Part shown: positions 1-7,409 of the stretch, piece by piece | Layout: the number at the start of each line of letters is the position of its first letter | How positions within the stretch are numbered: the stretch's first letter is position 1 | From: Bacillus sp. FJAT-49736 | Lineage (GTDB): Bacteria; Bacillota; Bacilli; Bacillales; Bacillaceae_C | Assembly (NCBI RefSeq): GCF_018343615.1 | Contig: NZ_JAGYPI010000002.1 | Location: 57,562-81,561, forward strand | DNA length: 24,000 nucleotides | Direction: 5' to 3' | Made by a program: the position numbers and the translations under genes | Notes under the pieces: model-generated | Database searches by the model: none | What the model was told of the DNA's origin: nothing | Seen by the model: the letters and a program-made list of their open reading frames with translations, nothing else

Positions 1-22
1 TTTTCCCCCTTCGACGACATTT

Positions 23-40
23 TGAATGAATACTCATTCA
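23..40. promoter_or_regulatory. FadR (YsiA)-box-like 18-bp palindrome TGAATGAATACTCATTCA
   Basis: Perfect 7-bp inverted arms TGAATGA/TCATTCA around ATAC. This matches my recollection of the B. subtilis FadR/YsiA box (TGAATGAnTAnTCATTCA). It lies about 10 nt from a minus-strand SD (revcomp of 1-12 = GAAGGGGGAAAA), so a gene probably starts just left of the window. A shorter related palindrome TGAATATTCA lies at 94-103. Confidence 0.4.
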
Positions 41-455
41 TTTTGCTGCCAAAAAAATATCTCACGAATGAGTTTTACTACTTCTAATATATATGAATAT
101 TCAAATTCCATCAATAATTTATTTTCAAAAAATTTTATAAGTTTTTTGAAAAAGCCCTCTTTTCTTATACTTTGTAGCATTTGGTGACGTTACCCTTATA
201 ACAATCCTTACTTTAGTTTAGAATCCGTAATCATATTAAAAACAGTTTCTCAGAACCAAGTCTATTTTAGTACCTGCAATATATGAAAAAGCAACATTAT
301 TGGATTATTTAAATCATATCCCCCATATCTATTTTCATATTAGGCACCTCTCTCCTATTCCACTGAAAAAGATAGCTATCCAAATTGCCTATTAGCTCAT
401 ATTAAATTACTTAATGGGGAATCTAAAGTTAGAATCTGTCCGGGAGGTGATCAAA

Positions 456-590
456 ATGGCAAGAATGAAAAAAAATCCATCTAAAGCAGGTGTGAGTGCA
501 GCAAGCGTAAAAGGCAATGCTGGCCCTACGGTTGAAGGGGATGGTGGTGGAAAGGTAAACAGTCAAAATAACCAGTTTAAAAAACGTTAA
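456..590 (+). CDS. Unannotated 44-aa basic Gly/Asn/Gln-rich small protein (minor-SASP-like or small spore protein, hypothetical)
   Basis: ATG at 456 lies 8 nt after GGAGG (443-447) and the frame runs to TAA at 588-590. Translation: MARMKKNPSKAGVSAASVKGNAGPTVEGDGGGKVNSQNNQFKKR. It falls below the ORF-track length cutoff. No hairpin separates it from the coat-like gene 35 nt downstream. Confidence 0.5.
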   Translation: MARMKKNPSKAGVSAASVKGNAGPTVEGDGGGKVNSQNNQFKKR

Positions 591-625
591 ACGATACTAT
601 AGATGGAATGATAGGAGGCTTTTAC

Positions 626-934
626 ATGCAGCAACAAAATCAGCAGCAGAATCAGCAAATGGCAATGAATCAACCGCCAAGTATCATCTCAACGAAGGAT
701 TTATCCTATATTGATGATATGCTGGCATGGAATTTACTTGCCATGAAAAAGGCACATTTCGCAGCTGAGCACTGCCAAGATCAAGAAGTGAAGGCAGCCT
801 GTGAAAAATGTGGTGAAATGCATCAACGTCATTATAGTCAAATTCTCGGTCACTTACAGCACCACCTACAAAGTCAGCAAAATCAACCATTTCAGCAAAA
901 TCAACAGTACCAACAAAATCAGCAAATGATGTAA
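626..934 (+). CDS. Small spore-coat-like protein (Coat-F-related, YraD/YraG-like helical core) with Q/N-rich N- and C-terminal tails
   Basis: The track ORF is 608-934. I prefer ATG 626 because AGGAGG (613-618) sits 7 nt upstream of it. The core LSYIDDMLAWNLLAMKKAHFAAEHCQDQEVKAACEKCGEMHQRHYSQILGHL resembles small CotF-family partner proteins. The tails are MQQQNQQQNQQ and QQNQPFQQNQQYQQNQQMM. Confidence 0.6.
   Translation: MQQQNQQQNQQMAMNQPPSIISTKDLSYIDDMLAWNLLAMKKAHFAAEHCQDQEVKAACEKCGEMHQRHYSQILGHLQHHLQSQQNQPFQQNQQYQQNQQMM
875..928 (+). repeat. Three in-frame tandem 18-nt units encoding QQNQPF / QQNQQY / QQNQQM
   Basis: The units are CAGCAAAATCAACCATTT (875-892), CAGCAAAATCAACAGTAC (893-910) and CAACAAAATCAGCAAATG (911-928), read directly from the sequence. 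They are in frame with the 626-934 CDS. Confidence 0.75.
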
Positions 935-953
935 GGAAAAAGGAGGTCCACTC

Positions 954-1289
954 TTGCAAAATCAACAAGGTATTCAAAATTCGCAAACACAGGTGCCAAA
1001 AACATCCCGTATGAATGATCGTGATTTTGCGAACGATCTACTCTCTATGGAGAAGTATATGACTGCTTCTTACAATAATGCTTTAAATGAAGCGAGTCAC
1101 CAAGGTCTATATCAGGACCTATTATCCATTTTTAACGAAACACAAAATGAACAGCGCGAAATGTATAATCTTATGTTTCGAAAAGGCTGGTACAAGCTTG
1201 AAGAAGCAGACCAGCAAAAAATGCAGCAATCCTACCAGAAGCATCAGGAATATTCATCACAGTTTCCATATGGAAATCAAATGCATTGA
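954..1289 (+). CDS. Spore coat protein, Coat F domain family (YraF/CotF-like)
   Basis: TTG start at 954 lies 7 nt after AGGAGG (941-946). The segment MNDRDFANDLLSMEKYMTASYNNALNEASHQGLYQDLLSIFNETQNEQREMYNLMFRKGWY is a typical Coat_F domain signature. The termini are Q-rich. Confidence 0.85.
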   Translation: MQNQQGIQNSQTQVPKTSRMNDRDFANDLLSMEKYMTASYNNALNEASHQGLYQDLLSIFNETQNEQREMYNLMFRKGWYKLEEADQQKMQQSYQKHQEYSSQFPYGNQMH

Positions 1290-1342
1290 TTTATTTAGGG
1301 GATTTTATCCTTCTAAATGGATTGCAGGTTTCCCTTTATATT

Positions 1343-1372
1343 GTCCTTCATTATTTGTATGAAGGACTTTTC
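1343..1372 (+). terminator. Rho-independent terminator after the coat-like cluster
   Basis: Stem GTCCTTCA (1343-1350) pairs with TGAAGGAC (1360-1367) across a 9-nt loop, followed by TTTT. A second, weaker hairpin re-using the same right arm lies at 1399-1425. Confidence 0.6.
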
Positions 1373-1661
1373 TAATTGTAGAGTGTTTCATTTTGTCTTC
1401 CTTCACTTCTATGAAGGACTTTTTCATTTATGGAATTTTTGTTTTGTCTTACATAGTCTCTAAAAAATTTTTTAGCCGTTGCTATCTTTCATCTCCCCCT
1501 TTAATGAACTCTTTTTATATCAGAAAGTATTCTCCACTTATCCTGGTTCTCTTCACTTCTTTTACATATTACACCTATTATTGGCAAAGACTAAGAATGA
1601 TAATAATTGGATTTTCCCTCTGATGACGGGCCATATAACTATTTAATACGGGGGAACGGAT

Positions 1662-3173
1662 ATGGACTTTTTTAAAAAAAGAAGAAAAAAGAAGGAATCG
1701 AGCAATAACAATCAACAAGAGCAACAAAATACACAGGATAACCAACCGAAATCCTCTGATGTAAAAGAGGCTAAATATTTCAACCATCGGACAAATTTGC
1801 ATTTTTCGATAAGATTTGTCGCTACCTTAGTAGATGAAGAAATTCTGCAAAGAAGTGTACTGCCGTATTTACAAGAGGAATGGTTTGAAAAAATTGAAGA
1901 TATCTATAATATTCTTCCTATTGCAGATTTCGAAATAAGTACAGATATCACTCAAATAGAGCAAAAATTATATAATGGATATATTTTACTTCGAACAGAG
2001 CTAGAGAGAGACAGCAAATTTGCTTTTATTTCGGCTCAAAAAGAAATTACCCGTACGGTCAGTGCTCCTGAAATTGAGTTCAGTGTAATTGGTCCAAAGG
2101 AAGCTTTCATTGAATCGCTTGATCAAAACTTAAATTTAATTAGAAAGAGATTGCCCATTAAAGAACTCATAATCGAAGAATTTAAGGTTGGCTCTCTTTC
2201 TAAAACAAAAGTTGCGGTACTTTATATTAATGGAACAACTAACATGGATAATGTTCAAACTGTACGCCAAAGATTAAATGATATTGATTTTGATACCGTT
2301 AGTGATAGTTCTTTTATCGAACAGATTTTATCAGATAATCACTCATCACCCTTTCCTGCCTTTCTGGATACGGAAAGACCTGACCGGGCAGCAGGTGTTT
2401 TAAGTCAAGGGAAAGTGGTACTTCTGGTAGATGGCTCACCTCATGCATTAATTGGCCCGACGACTCTTGTGGAGTTTTTTGTATCCTTTGAGGATTATTA
2501 TATTAACTGGGGCCTTGCTACTTTCTTTAGGTTATTACGGATATTTTCCGTTCTATTTTCCATCTTGGTTACCCCCTTATATGTGGCGGCATTAACCTAT
2601 CATTATCATTTAATACCGACCAATCTAATGGCAACACTGATCAGTTCACGACAAGGGGTGCCATTTCCTCCAATTCTGGAGGCGCTCGTGCTGGAGCTTA
2701 CGATTGAGCTTTTACGGGAGGCCGGCGCTAGGCTGCCTACGAAAATCGGACAGACAATTGGTATCGTGGGTGGTATCGTTATCGGAACCGCATCAGTGGA
2801 TGCTGGTTTTACTAGTAACGTACTTCTCATTTTAATCGCATTGGCAGCACTAGCATCCTTTACGACGCCTGTTTATAAGATTGGTAATACGATTCGTACA
2901 ATTCGTTTCCCATTCCTACTATTTGCTCAGTTATGGGGATTGCTTGGAATTGTGTTTTGCTTTTGTATTCTGTTAACCCATTTAATTCGTTTAACATCTC
3001 TTGGTAGGCCATATTTAGAACCATTATATCCATTACGCTTTCCTGATTTAAAAGATACGATTATACGTTTAGGTTTTAATAAACAGGCATTTCGACCACT
3101 TTATTTACAAACAAAAGATACTTTACGTTTTCCACCAAAGGATGGGAAACGTAAAAAGGATATTGATGAGTAG
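1662..3173 (+). CDS. Spore germination protein, GerA-family A subunit (GerAA/GerKA type)
   Basis: 503 aa with SD GGGGGA 6 nt upstream. The soluble N-domain has a typical GerA block (SAPEIEFSVIGPKEAFIESLDQNLNLIRKRLP...VAVLYINGTTN). The C-terminal membrane domain carries GQTIGIVGGIVIG. Confidence 0.9.
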   Translation: MDFFKKRRKKKESSNNNQQEQQNTQDNQPKSSDVKEAKYFNHRTNLHFSIRFVATLVDEEILQRSVLPYLQEEWFEKIEDIYNILPIADFEISTDITQIEQKLYNGYILLRTELERDSKFAFISAQKEITRTVSAPEIEFSVIGPKEAFIESLDQNLNLIRKRLPIKELIIEEFKVGSLSKTKVAVLYINGTTNMDNVQTVRQRLNDIDFDTVSDSSFIEQILSDNHSSPFPAFLDTERPDRAAGVLSQGKVVLLVDGSPHALIGPTTLVEFFVSFEDYYINWGLATFFRLLRIFSVLFSILVTPLYVAALTYHYHLIPTNLMATLISSRQGVPFPPILEALVLELTIELLREAGARLPTKIGQTIGIVGGIVIGTASVDAGFTSNVLLILIALAALASFTTPVYKIGNTIRTIRFPFLLFAQLWGLLGIVFCFCILLTHLIRLTSLGRPYLEPLYPLRFPDLKDTIIRLGFNKQAFRPLYLQTKDTLRFPPKDGKRKKDIDE

Positions 3174-3211
3174 CTTAATTAGACTTGCCGCAAAGAAGGT
3201 GAAAGTACGCC

Positions 3212-4279
3212 ATGAAAAAAATCCTCATACTCAGTTCCGTTCTAATTTTTATTTTAAGCGGCTGTGTTCAGCAGGAAATCATTGATAAGCAAAATATTGA
3301 AACAGCGGTTGGTTTTGATTTGGCGGATGGAAGAATCGAAGGAACGGTCCTCTATCCTACCTATAATACCGACAAAAGTGTTACGAACAATATTCTTGTA
3401 ACAGAAGCGAAAGTCAGTCGTGACATATTAGAAAAACTTGAAAAAAAATCGGATCAGCCATTAGTCACGGGCAGTCTCCAGGTTGTTTTATTTGGAAAAG
3501 GTCTTGCGAGACGCGGTTTCTTTCATTTGATCGATTCTTTGCAGAGAGATCCTAACATTGGGTCCAGAATTCACCTTGCAGTTGTAGATGGAAGTACCTC
3601 CTCTTTACTTATGGGGAAATACGGAAGTACTGGAAATGGTGTCTATATAAAAGATCTTCTGGACCATAATATGAAGTATCTTGATGTTCCAAGGCAAAAC
3701 TTGCATTTATTTGGTGCCTACTTATTTGAAAAGGGTAGGACCACTTATTTACCTATTATAAAACAAGTAAACAATAGCGAACTTGAAATTAGCGGAATAG
3801 CCTTATTTAACACCAAAAGGATGGTAATGGAAATCCCGCCAAGTAAAATGTTTAATTTTAAACTATTAGTAGACCGTCATACTGCGGGAAACCAAACAGT
3901 TAATTTAAATAAGCAGCAGGTAGTTATACGAAGCATTAACTCAAGTAATAGCATTAAGGTGAATAAAAAAAAGAAACCTTACGAAATCGTGGTTCATATT
4001 AACATTGAAGGAATAATTCGTGAGTACACTGGTGAAAAAATAGATAATAAAATTATGGATAAATTTGAAAAGGCATTCAATAAAAAAATAAAAAGAGAAA
4101 CAACAGCTTTATTAAAGGATTTTCAAAAAAGAAATATCGACCCAGTTGGAATTGGAGAACGTGTTGAGAACGTATCCAGACATTTCGATTGGGACAAATG
4201 GTGGAATTCTGAATATAAAAATGTAACTTTTAAGGTAAAACCAAAGGTTTCAATCGTAGAGAGCGGTACAGTAGAATAA
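3212..4279 (+). CDS. Spore germination lipoprotein, Ger(x)C family
   Basis: 355 aa. Signal peptide with lipobox ILSGC (MKKILILSSVLIFILSGC). Length and C-terminal region (NIDPVGIGE...W) are typical of GerAC/GerKC. It starts 38 nt after the A-subunit stop. Confidence 0.9.
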   Translation: MKKILILSSVLIFILSGCVQQEIIDKQNIETAVGFDLADGRIEGTVLYPTYNTDKSVTNNILVTEAKVSRDILEKLEKKSDQPLVTGSLQVVLFGKGLARRGFFHLIDSLQRDPNIGSRIHLAVVDGSTSSLLMGKYGSTGNGVYIKDLLDHNMKYLDVPRQNLHLFGAYLFEKGRTTYLPIIKQVNNSELEISGIALFNTKRMVMEIPPSKMFNFKLLVDRHTAGNQTVNLNKQQVVIRSINSSNSIKVNKKKKPYEIVVHINIEGIIREYTGEKIDNKIMDKFEKAFNKKIKRETTALLKDFQKRNIDPVGIGERVENVSRHFDWDKWWNSEYKNVTFKVKPKVSIVESGTVE

Positions 4280-4310
4280 GAAAAGCGGAAGCGCCTTTCT
4301 CCTTAACATG

Positions 4311-4347
4311 AAAAAGCCTGTTGATTGTTCTTATCAACAGGCTTTTT
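4311..4347. terminator. Bidirectional rho-independent terminator (ger operon / SEDS-1, convergent)
   Basis: Perfect 11-bp stem AGCCTGTTGAT (4315-4325) pairs with ATCAACAGGCT (4333-4343) across a 7-nt loop. It is flanked by an A-run (4311-4314) and a T-run (4344-4347). Confidence 0.8.
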
Positions 4348-4364
4348 CAGTTAAAGCTTTATAT

Positions 4365-5537
4365 TTACACTTCAGTAGAGAACATATATTTTTTGTGATG
4401 ATATCTCATAGAAAAAACCAGCCCAATTGCCAGCATATTCCCCATAAGCGAGCTTCCTCCATAGCTTATAAAAGGCAGAGGAATTCCGGTGATAGGTAAA
4501 ATACCAATAGTCATTCCGATATTTTGGAATACGTGGAAGGTAATCATAGCAATAATACCGGAACAAACATAGGAATAATAATCGTTCTTCGTTTCAAGAC
4601 TTACTTTTGTAATATGGTAAATTAGCATAAAAAATAAACTGACGACAATACTTGCCCCGATAAAGCCATATTGCTCCCCGATCACACTGAAAATAAAGTC
4701 GGTTTGACTCTCTGGCAAATAGACCTCTCTATGGTTCAGGCCTTTCCCTAATGTTTCTCCAGAACCGATTGCCAATAAAGACTTAATTAATTGATAGCCG
4801 GAATCACTTTGGTAATTATAAGGGTCTAGCCATGAATAAATACGTCCGAATTGATATGGTTGGACATGCAAATATTTACTTAAAATCTGTGGAGCCCAAA
4901 TAACAAAATAAAGCAAAGTGCCAGCAATAGCAGAAAAGCCTCCGAATATCGGTAACAATAGCTTCCATGTAATTCCAGAGGTAAAAATAACCCCAAGCAT
5001 TATTGCCAGATAAACTAAAACGGTACCAAGGTCCGGCTCTAGCATAATTAATGCGCACGGAATAATGGTTACGATTCCTAATTTCACTAAAAGCCAAAAA
5101 TCAGTTTTCACCGTTTTGATGATAAACTTTTGATGATGATCTAAGACACATCGTGATAATGCCAGAATGAAAAATACCTTTGTTATTTCAGAAGGCTGAA
5201 AAGTTCCAAGAAACGGAACTTTGAACCAGTTTTTTGCTCCTTTAATTTCAGGAGCGATGGATGCTGGAGCAATTACAAGCAGGAATAATAATAAAATTCC
5301 AAATCCATAAGAATACCAGGACAATTTTTTTAATTGATCAGAATCCAGCCGAATACTAAACACAATTATCCCTGTACCGACTATATACCAAATTGCTTGT
5401 TTCAATACAAAGTTATCGGAATACTGCCCCGATTTTTGAGCGCTATATACAGATACTAGACTTGCTAGACACATTAGCATTAACGTTAAAACAAGTCCGT
5501 AATCTATTTTCGATGTTTTTGTTGTCTGAGAAGTCAT
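4365..5537 (-). CDS. SEDS family peptidoglycan glycosyltransferase (FtsW/RodA/SpoVE family), paralog 1
   Basis: 390 aa polytopic membrane protein. SEDS hallmarks: QPSEITKV, SDSGYQL, LPESQTDFIFSVIGE, GIPLPFISYGGSSL. SD TAGGAGA lies upstream of ATG 5537. Confidence 0.9.
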   Translation of the reverse strand: MTSQTTKTSKIDYGLVLTLMLMCLASLVSVYSAQKSGQYSDNFVLKQAIWYIVGTGIIVFSIRLDSDQLKKLSWYSYGFGILLLFLLVIAPASIAPEIKGAKNWFKVPFLGTFQPSEITKVFFILALSRCVLDHHQKFIIKTVKTDFWLLVKLGIVTIIPCALIMLEPDLGTVLVYLAIMLGVIFTSGITWKLLLPIFGGFSAIAGTLLYFVIWAPQILSKYLHVQPYQFGRIYSWLDPYNYQSDSGYQLIKSLLAIGSGETLGKGLNHREVYLPESQTDFIFSVIGEQYGFIGASIVVSLFFMLIYHITKVSLETKNDYYSYVCSGIIAMITFHVFQNIGMTIGILPITGIPLPFISYGGSSLMGNMLAIGLVFSMRYHHKKYMFSTEV

Positions 5538-5841
5538 ACTGTCTCGTCTCCTACTAAGTCTTAAACTACTTGTTCAATCGGTCTTTTCTTAAATAAAAAT
5601 ATACGAAAAGCAACAATTTTTTTTAAAAGCAGCCTTCCGTTTTCAACAAGTATAGTCATAATAACATTATACAGGGTGTTGTCAACGATACAAAGTCACA
5701 AATTGTGGCATTGTGATGACCAAAAAATAATGTATATAATACATCAACGCAAAACAAATAAATTGAATGAAAAGAAGAGAACTTATACAATACTAATGAA
5801 ATGCACAGTAAAATTTTGTTTTTGAGGAAGGAGGATCTATT

Positions 5842-6156
5842 TTGGAAGAAATTAAAGATCTTGAAACATTCGAACAGATAATATCCAGTGATAAACCTGT
5901 CATCATGAAGTTTTTTGCCGGCTGGTGTCCGGATTGTACAAGGATGAATATGTTTATTGATGATATCATTAAAGATTACAGCCAATATAAATGGTTTGAA
6001 ATTAATCGTGATCAATTTCCTGAGCTTGCTGAAAAATATTCCGTAATGGGAATTCCTAGTTTGCTTTTGTTCCAAAACGGAGAAAAGCTTGCACATTTGC
6101 ACTCTGCTAATGCAAAATCTCCTGAACAAGTGCGAGAATTTCTGGACGCTCAATAA
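5842..6156 (+). CDS. Thioredoxin-family protein with WCPDC active site (YdbP-like)
   Basis: 104 aa. TTG start follows AGGAAGGAGGA. Active site is FAGWCPDC, and the motif VMGIPSLLLFQNGE carries the thioredoxin-fold cis-Pro. Confidence 0.85.
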   Translation: MEEIKDLETFEQIISSDKPVIMKFFAGWCPDCTRMNMFIDDIIKDYSQYKWFEINRDQFPELAEKYSVMGIPSLLLFQNGEKLAHLHSANAKSPEQVREFLDAQ

Positions 6157-6169
6157 TTGTTGTAAAAAA

Positions 6170-6197
6170 ACGACGAGTCATATGACTGGTCGTTTTT
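6170..6197. terminator. Probable bidirectional terminator (thioredoxin gene / SEDS-2, convergent)
   Basis: ACGACGAGTCA (6170-6180) pairs with TGACTGGTCGT (6183-6193) with one G.G mismatch. An A-run (6164-6170) precedes it and a T-run (6193-6197) follows. Confidence 0.55.
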
Positions 6198-7374
6198 ACT
6201 TTGTCTCAAACATATATTTCCCATACATTTTGTGTATAGATAGAGCAATACCAAACAGCAGCATATTGGAAAATAAGGAACTTCCACCATAAGTTAAAAA
6301 TGGTAGGGAAATCCCCTTAACAGGCATTATTCCAACCATCATACCTATGTTTTGAAAGATTTGCAGAGATAACTCAGCAACCACCCCTATGCAAAAATAT
6401 GTACCAAAAGGAGTTTTCGTTTTGACTCCAATACTAGTCAGTCGATATATAAGTAAGAAAAACAAACAGATTACTAGGGAAGCACCAACAAATCCCCCTT
6501 CTTCCGCCACTGTCGCAAAAATAAAATCGGTATGCTTTTCAGGAATATATACATCTCCATGTCCAATACCTTTTCCGTATAATTCTCCACTACCTACCGC
6601 TAAAATAGCCTTTTTCGTTTGATAACCCTGATTTGGATTTTGATCTGGTTCCAACCACCCAATAACACGCTCTTGTTGATGTGGTTTTAACATCGGAATC
6701 AAATCCTTATATAAAATATCAGGATGTATGAAATATATATATACTAAACCGGACACTAGCAGGGATGGGATGATAATTAACCCTACAATCAGCTTTTTAT
6801 TAATCCCAGAAAGAAAAATAATGCTTGAAATGCTTGCAAGATATAAAAACACCATTCCAGTATCAGGTTGCTGATATACAAATATGGATGGTGGGATTGT
6901 AACCAAAAAGATTTTTCCAATCAACCACAAATCTGAATGCATTGTCCGTTGCTCATAAACTTCATTATGATTCATCGCTATATTTGCCGTTACAATTAAC
7001 AATGGAATTTTAAAAAATTCGGAGGGCTGTATCGATCCAAGCAATGGAATCTGATACCATCTTTTTGCACCAAGGATTGGGTGTGCAATAGTATCCGGTA
7101 AAGGCAGTGCCAAAATAATAATGGAGGAAAATCCAATAATATATAAAATCCAGCCTAATCTTTGAATTTGATCCGGATCTAAATATGCCATGAAAAATAG
7201 TAAGGTGAACCCAATTAGATAGTTAATCCCTTGCTTTAGAGCAAAATTATCATGACCATATTGTCCGGTTTGCTGGCTGCTATGGATAAATACAATACTT
7301 AGCAGGGCTAGCATAATAATAATAAATACAATAGTTGGGTCCAATCTTTTCAAAAAATCATTTTCTGTCTTCAT
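6196..7374 (-). CDS. SEDS family peptidoglycan glycosyltransferase (FtsW/RodA/SpoVE family), paralog 2
   Basis: The track ORF is 6196-7389 from a TTG start. ATG 7374 is preferred because AGGAG (7385->7381) lies 6 nt upstream of it. Motifs: QPSEFFKI, NQGYQT, IPEKHTDFIFATVAEE, GISLPFLTYGGSSL. It starts 35 nt after the LCP gene stop with no intervening hairpin. Confidence 0.9.
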   Translation of the reverse strand: MKTENDFLKRLDPTIVFIIIMLALLSIVFIHSSQQTGQYGHDNFALKQGINYLIGFTLLFFMAYLDPDQIQRLGWILYIIGFSSIIILALPLPDTIAHPILGAKRWYQIPLLGSIQPSEFFKIPLLIVTANIAMNHNEVYEQRTMHSDLWLIGKIFLVTIPPSIFVYQQPDTGMVFLYLASISSIIFLSGINKKLIVGLIIIPSLLVSGLVYIYFIHPDILYKDLIPMLKPHQQERVIGWLEPDQNPNQGYQTKKAILAVGSGELYGKGIGHGDVYIPEKHTDFIFATVAEEGGFVGASLVICLFFLLIYRLTSIGVKTKTPFGTYFCIGVVAELSLQIFQNIGMMVGIMPVKGISLPFLTYGGSSLFSNMLLFGIALSIHKMYGKYMFETK

Positions 7375-7409
7375 ATAATACTCCTGCAAATATGGTGCTC
7401 ACATCCACA

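Noticed and set aside
34-180. 48-codon minus-strand ORF (MLQSIRKEGFFKKLIKFFENKLL...) near the left edge.
   Set aside because: It has only a weak, distant SD-like AAGGG. It overlaps the FadR-box-like operator and the promoter-like region of the gene to the left. Its composition is typical of AT-rich non-coding sequence.
309-360. Strong SD (GGAGAGAGGTG) followed by a 9-codon minus-strand ORF (MKIDMGDMI).
   Set aside because: It is too short to call. No downstream in-frame continuation or obvious attenuator structure is present. It is recorded only because the SD-ATG spacing is good.
361-455. Sporulation sigma promoter (SigK, SigE or SigG) upstream of the 44-aa ORF, for example CATATTAAA and the direct repeat GAATCT-N7-GAATCT.
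   Set aside because: CATATTAAA misses the CATAnnnTA consensus at position 8. No -35/-10 pair with correct spacing was found for any sporulation sigma factor.
1087-1802. Track ORFs 1087-1362, 1393-1623 and 1578-1802.
   Set aside because: The first is out of frame inside the Coat-F gene and runs through its terminator. The other two lie in AT-rich intergenic sequence or overlap the gerA-type start. Their translations are Phe/Ile/Leu-rich as expected from AT-rich non-coding DNA, and they have no SD.
5678-5686. GTTGTCAAC, which resembles the arms of the GTTGASAAWWTSTCAAC palindromes, in the SEDS-1/thioredoxin intergenic region.
   Set aside because: It is a compressed 9-bp palindrome that lacks the central A/T spacer, so the half-sites are in a different register. 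I do not regard it as a member of the same operator family without binding data.
5656-6292. Track ORFs 5656-6153 (-, 165 aa) and 6089-6292 (+, 67 aa).
   Set aside because: The first is antisense to the thioredoxin gene and runs through its promoter region. The second crosses the bidirectional terminator into the SEDS-2 gene. Neither has an SD or a recognisable motif.
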